A stretch of 32,790 nucleotides of DNA from Folioceros fuciformis. Lineage: Eukaryota. The stretch lies in the NCBI GenBank assembly GCA_049999805.1, contig JBNGIO010005932.1:1-32790 (forward strand). The letters run 5' to 3'. The notes beneath the pieces are model-generated. The model had not been told where the DNA came from and searched no databases. It saw only the letters and a list, made by a program, of their open reading frames with translations. The position numbers and the translations under genes were made by a program. Below, one piece after another: positions 30,857 to 32,790 of this stretch (position 1 is its first letter; each line of letters starts with the position of its first letter).

Positions 30857-31589
30857 ATTCTTGTCTTATGGCCAACACCTCTGCTTGCATTCGCGATGAG
30901 GCAAAGAGGAGAAAGGGCACATTCCCATTTGCTCATTCTCTTCTATCTCCACACCTCAAGGGTTCCCTGCATACAGATATAATAGGTCTCTAGTTGCCGT
31001 AGAATGCTAGCAAACATCCCATCCCAAGTTGTGAGGGGCAATCAACTGGGTATGTTTTTTTTCGTGAAAACGAACGGATTAAATTAGCCAAGACTAAAAT
31101 AGAGGTACAAAGGCAAATTGTCGAGATCTGCTGAGAAGCACTCTTGTGCATAAGGGAGCTGAGAAAAGAAAACGAGTAGATGGCCTTTGCGAACTTAATT
31201 GGATTTATTTTCTCCCTAACCAAAATAAAATAAAATAAGTAGATGGTCCGGCTAGGACCTAGTTAACCTCTGTCGACCCGACTTCCACTCCAAGGGCAGA
31301 TGTGATTCCAATGTGAATCGGCGCCTACCGTGAGGAAACCAGCCGCTCTTCATTAGTACGTGCTCCCATACTTGCCATAATAAGGCCCTTAGAGAAAGAG
31401 GGAGCTTGACCCCATATACCACCGACGGCCAGTTGCACCACAGACCATAGAGGCATGAGCTCCAACCACTCCTCACCACTAGGATAGGATAAGTGGTTTG
31501 CCTGACACTTCCTCTAGTCCTCTAGTCCAAAGAGAGGTGTCAACTCCATGAGAACAATACTCTTGGACGGGAAGAGGCCTGCGTAAATT

Positions 31590-32302
31590 TTGATCCAATA
31601 TGAATTGCTTGAAAGATGGGGAAAGCAAGTGCTTGAAGTCTTGGGTCTTGGTCACCAAAGCTATAGCCCGTTTAACTGAAGGCCTGGAGACCAATTGAGC
31701 TCCTCAGCTTCCACAACTTAATTAGCTGCGGGCTAGAAGGAAGGAGAAGAACACTGGCAAGGCCATAAATTGTTGAACATCGGCAAGGTGTGGAGTAATT
31801 CACGCCTGCACAACTCTTACTCAATTGTACCCTCCCCATGATGCATGTGTTTGCTACATGGACTTCCAAACTTATGAGGGGCAATTACCTGTGTATGTTG
31901 TGATCCAGTCTGAATTGCTTGAAAGATGTTGAACACAAGTGCTTGAAGTCCTAAGATGCTGAACACAAGTGCTTGAAGTCCTAAGATGCTGAACACAAGT
32001 GCCTGAAGTTCCAAGATGCTGAACACGAGTGCCTGAAGTCCCAAGATGATGAACACAAGTGCTTGAAGTCCCAAGGTGTTGAACATAGGTGCTTGAAGTT
32101 CCAAGTCATGGTCACTAGAGCTGTAGTCCATTTAATCGAAGGCATGGAGACCAACTAAGCTCCTCGGCTTCCACACCTTAATTGGCTGTGGGGAGGAGGG
32201 AAGGAGGAGGAGGCTGGCACGCACCGATAGAGTGTGGAGCAATTCACATGTGCATGACTTCTCCTCCCTTGGTGATCTCTCAGTGACCCATGTGTTTGCT
32301 AC
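31590..32302. repeat. Diverged ~270-310 bp tandem duplication; the second copy contains a ~6 x 30-bp minisatellite (AAGATGCTGAACACAAGTGCTTGAAGTCCT, ~31923-32102)
   Basis: Shared anchors TGAATTGCTTGAAAGATG, GGAGACCAA..AGCTCCTC.GCTTCCACA, GTGTGGAG.AATTCAC and CATGTGTTTGCTAC occur in both copies. Confidence 0.85.
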
Positions 32303-32790
32303 TTTTTTGCTGTGTGTCTAAGCCTAACTTAAAAAATGACGTGTCTCACTAAGACCCTATAAACTTGTCATAGAGGTTTCCTGTTCCCTAGGGTTGGATC
32401 TTCATAAAATATTTTCTTTTTAGGCTTTACCACATAGCGGCACCCAACTGGATCTATATAGGATATTCTCGTTTTTAGAGGGCATAGGTATGGCATGGGT
32501 ATGGCATACCAAAGGGGACACGCCCCCTCTCTCTAGGGGTTTTTACAAACATACGAGTTATGCGTCCCCTTTGGCGCGTACTCAATTTTGAGGGCCAAAA
32601 CCAAATTGGACAATTGACAGATGCATCTGAAAAAACTTGTGTGGAGGCCACTTGAAATACGTTTCCTCATATCGAAAAAAACACCTGCCACCACCCTAGC
32701 CAAATCTCTCACCACCCCCCCTTCCCCATTCTGGAACCCTAAACCCTGCCATCCAACCCCTCTCCCCCCTTCTTGCCATCCAGCCCCATG

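Noticed and set aside
32736-32748. AACCCTAAACCCT telomere/telo-box-like motif (also TTTAGGGTTT at ~273 and ~11942)
   Set aside because: At most two units, too short for a telomeric array, and function cannot be supported from sequence alone.

Overview
Eukaryotic land-plant DNA with compact, GC-rich, short-intron genes, resembling a non-seed plant such as a hornwort or lycophyte (inference). I assembled five spliced genes by hand from splice sites and reading-frame phase. They are a PB1-domain B4-type Raf-like kinase (+, 585-6578), a plastid glycolytic GAPDH/GAPCp (-, 15400-12577, one GC-AG intron), a SWIM zinc-finger protein with an APLF/CYREN-type Ku-binding-like motif (-, 18675-16667), a METTL6/METTL2-like tRNA m3C methyltransferase (+, 19155-21010) and a large 15-exon LRR receptor kinase (-, 26712-21263). 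An AT-rich block of decayed transposons (~7.7-12.2 kb) holds a solo LTR with a perfect 5-bp TSD and a degenerate non-LTR reverse transcriptase. A second repeat-rich block fills ~30.7-32.8 kb. There are two main leads. One is a three-exon candidate secreted-peptide precursor (-, 29374-28640) that the ORF track misses, lying just upstream of the LRR-RLK as a possible ligand-receptor pair. The other is the SWIM + Ku-binding-motif protein, a possible plant NHEJ adaptor. No database searches were run.
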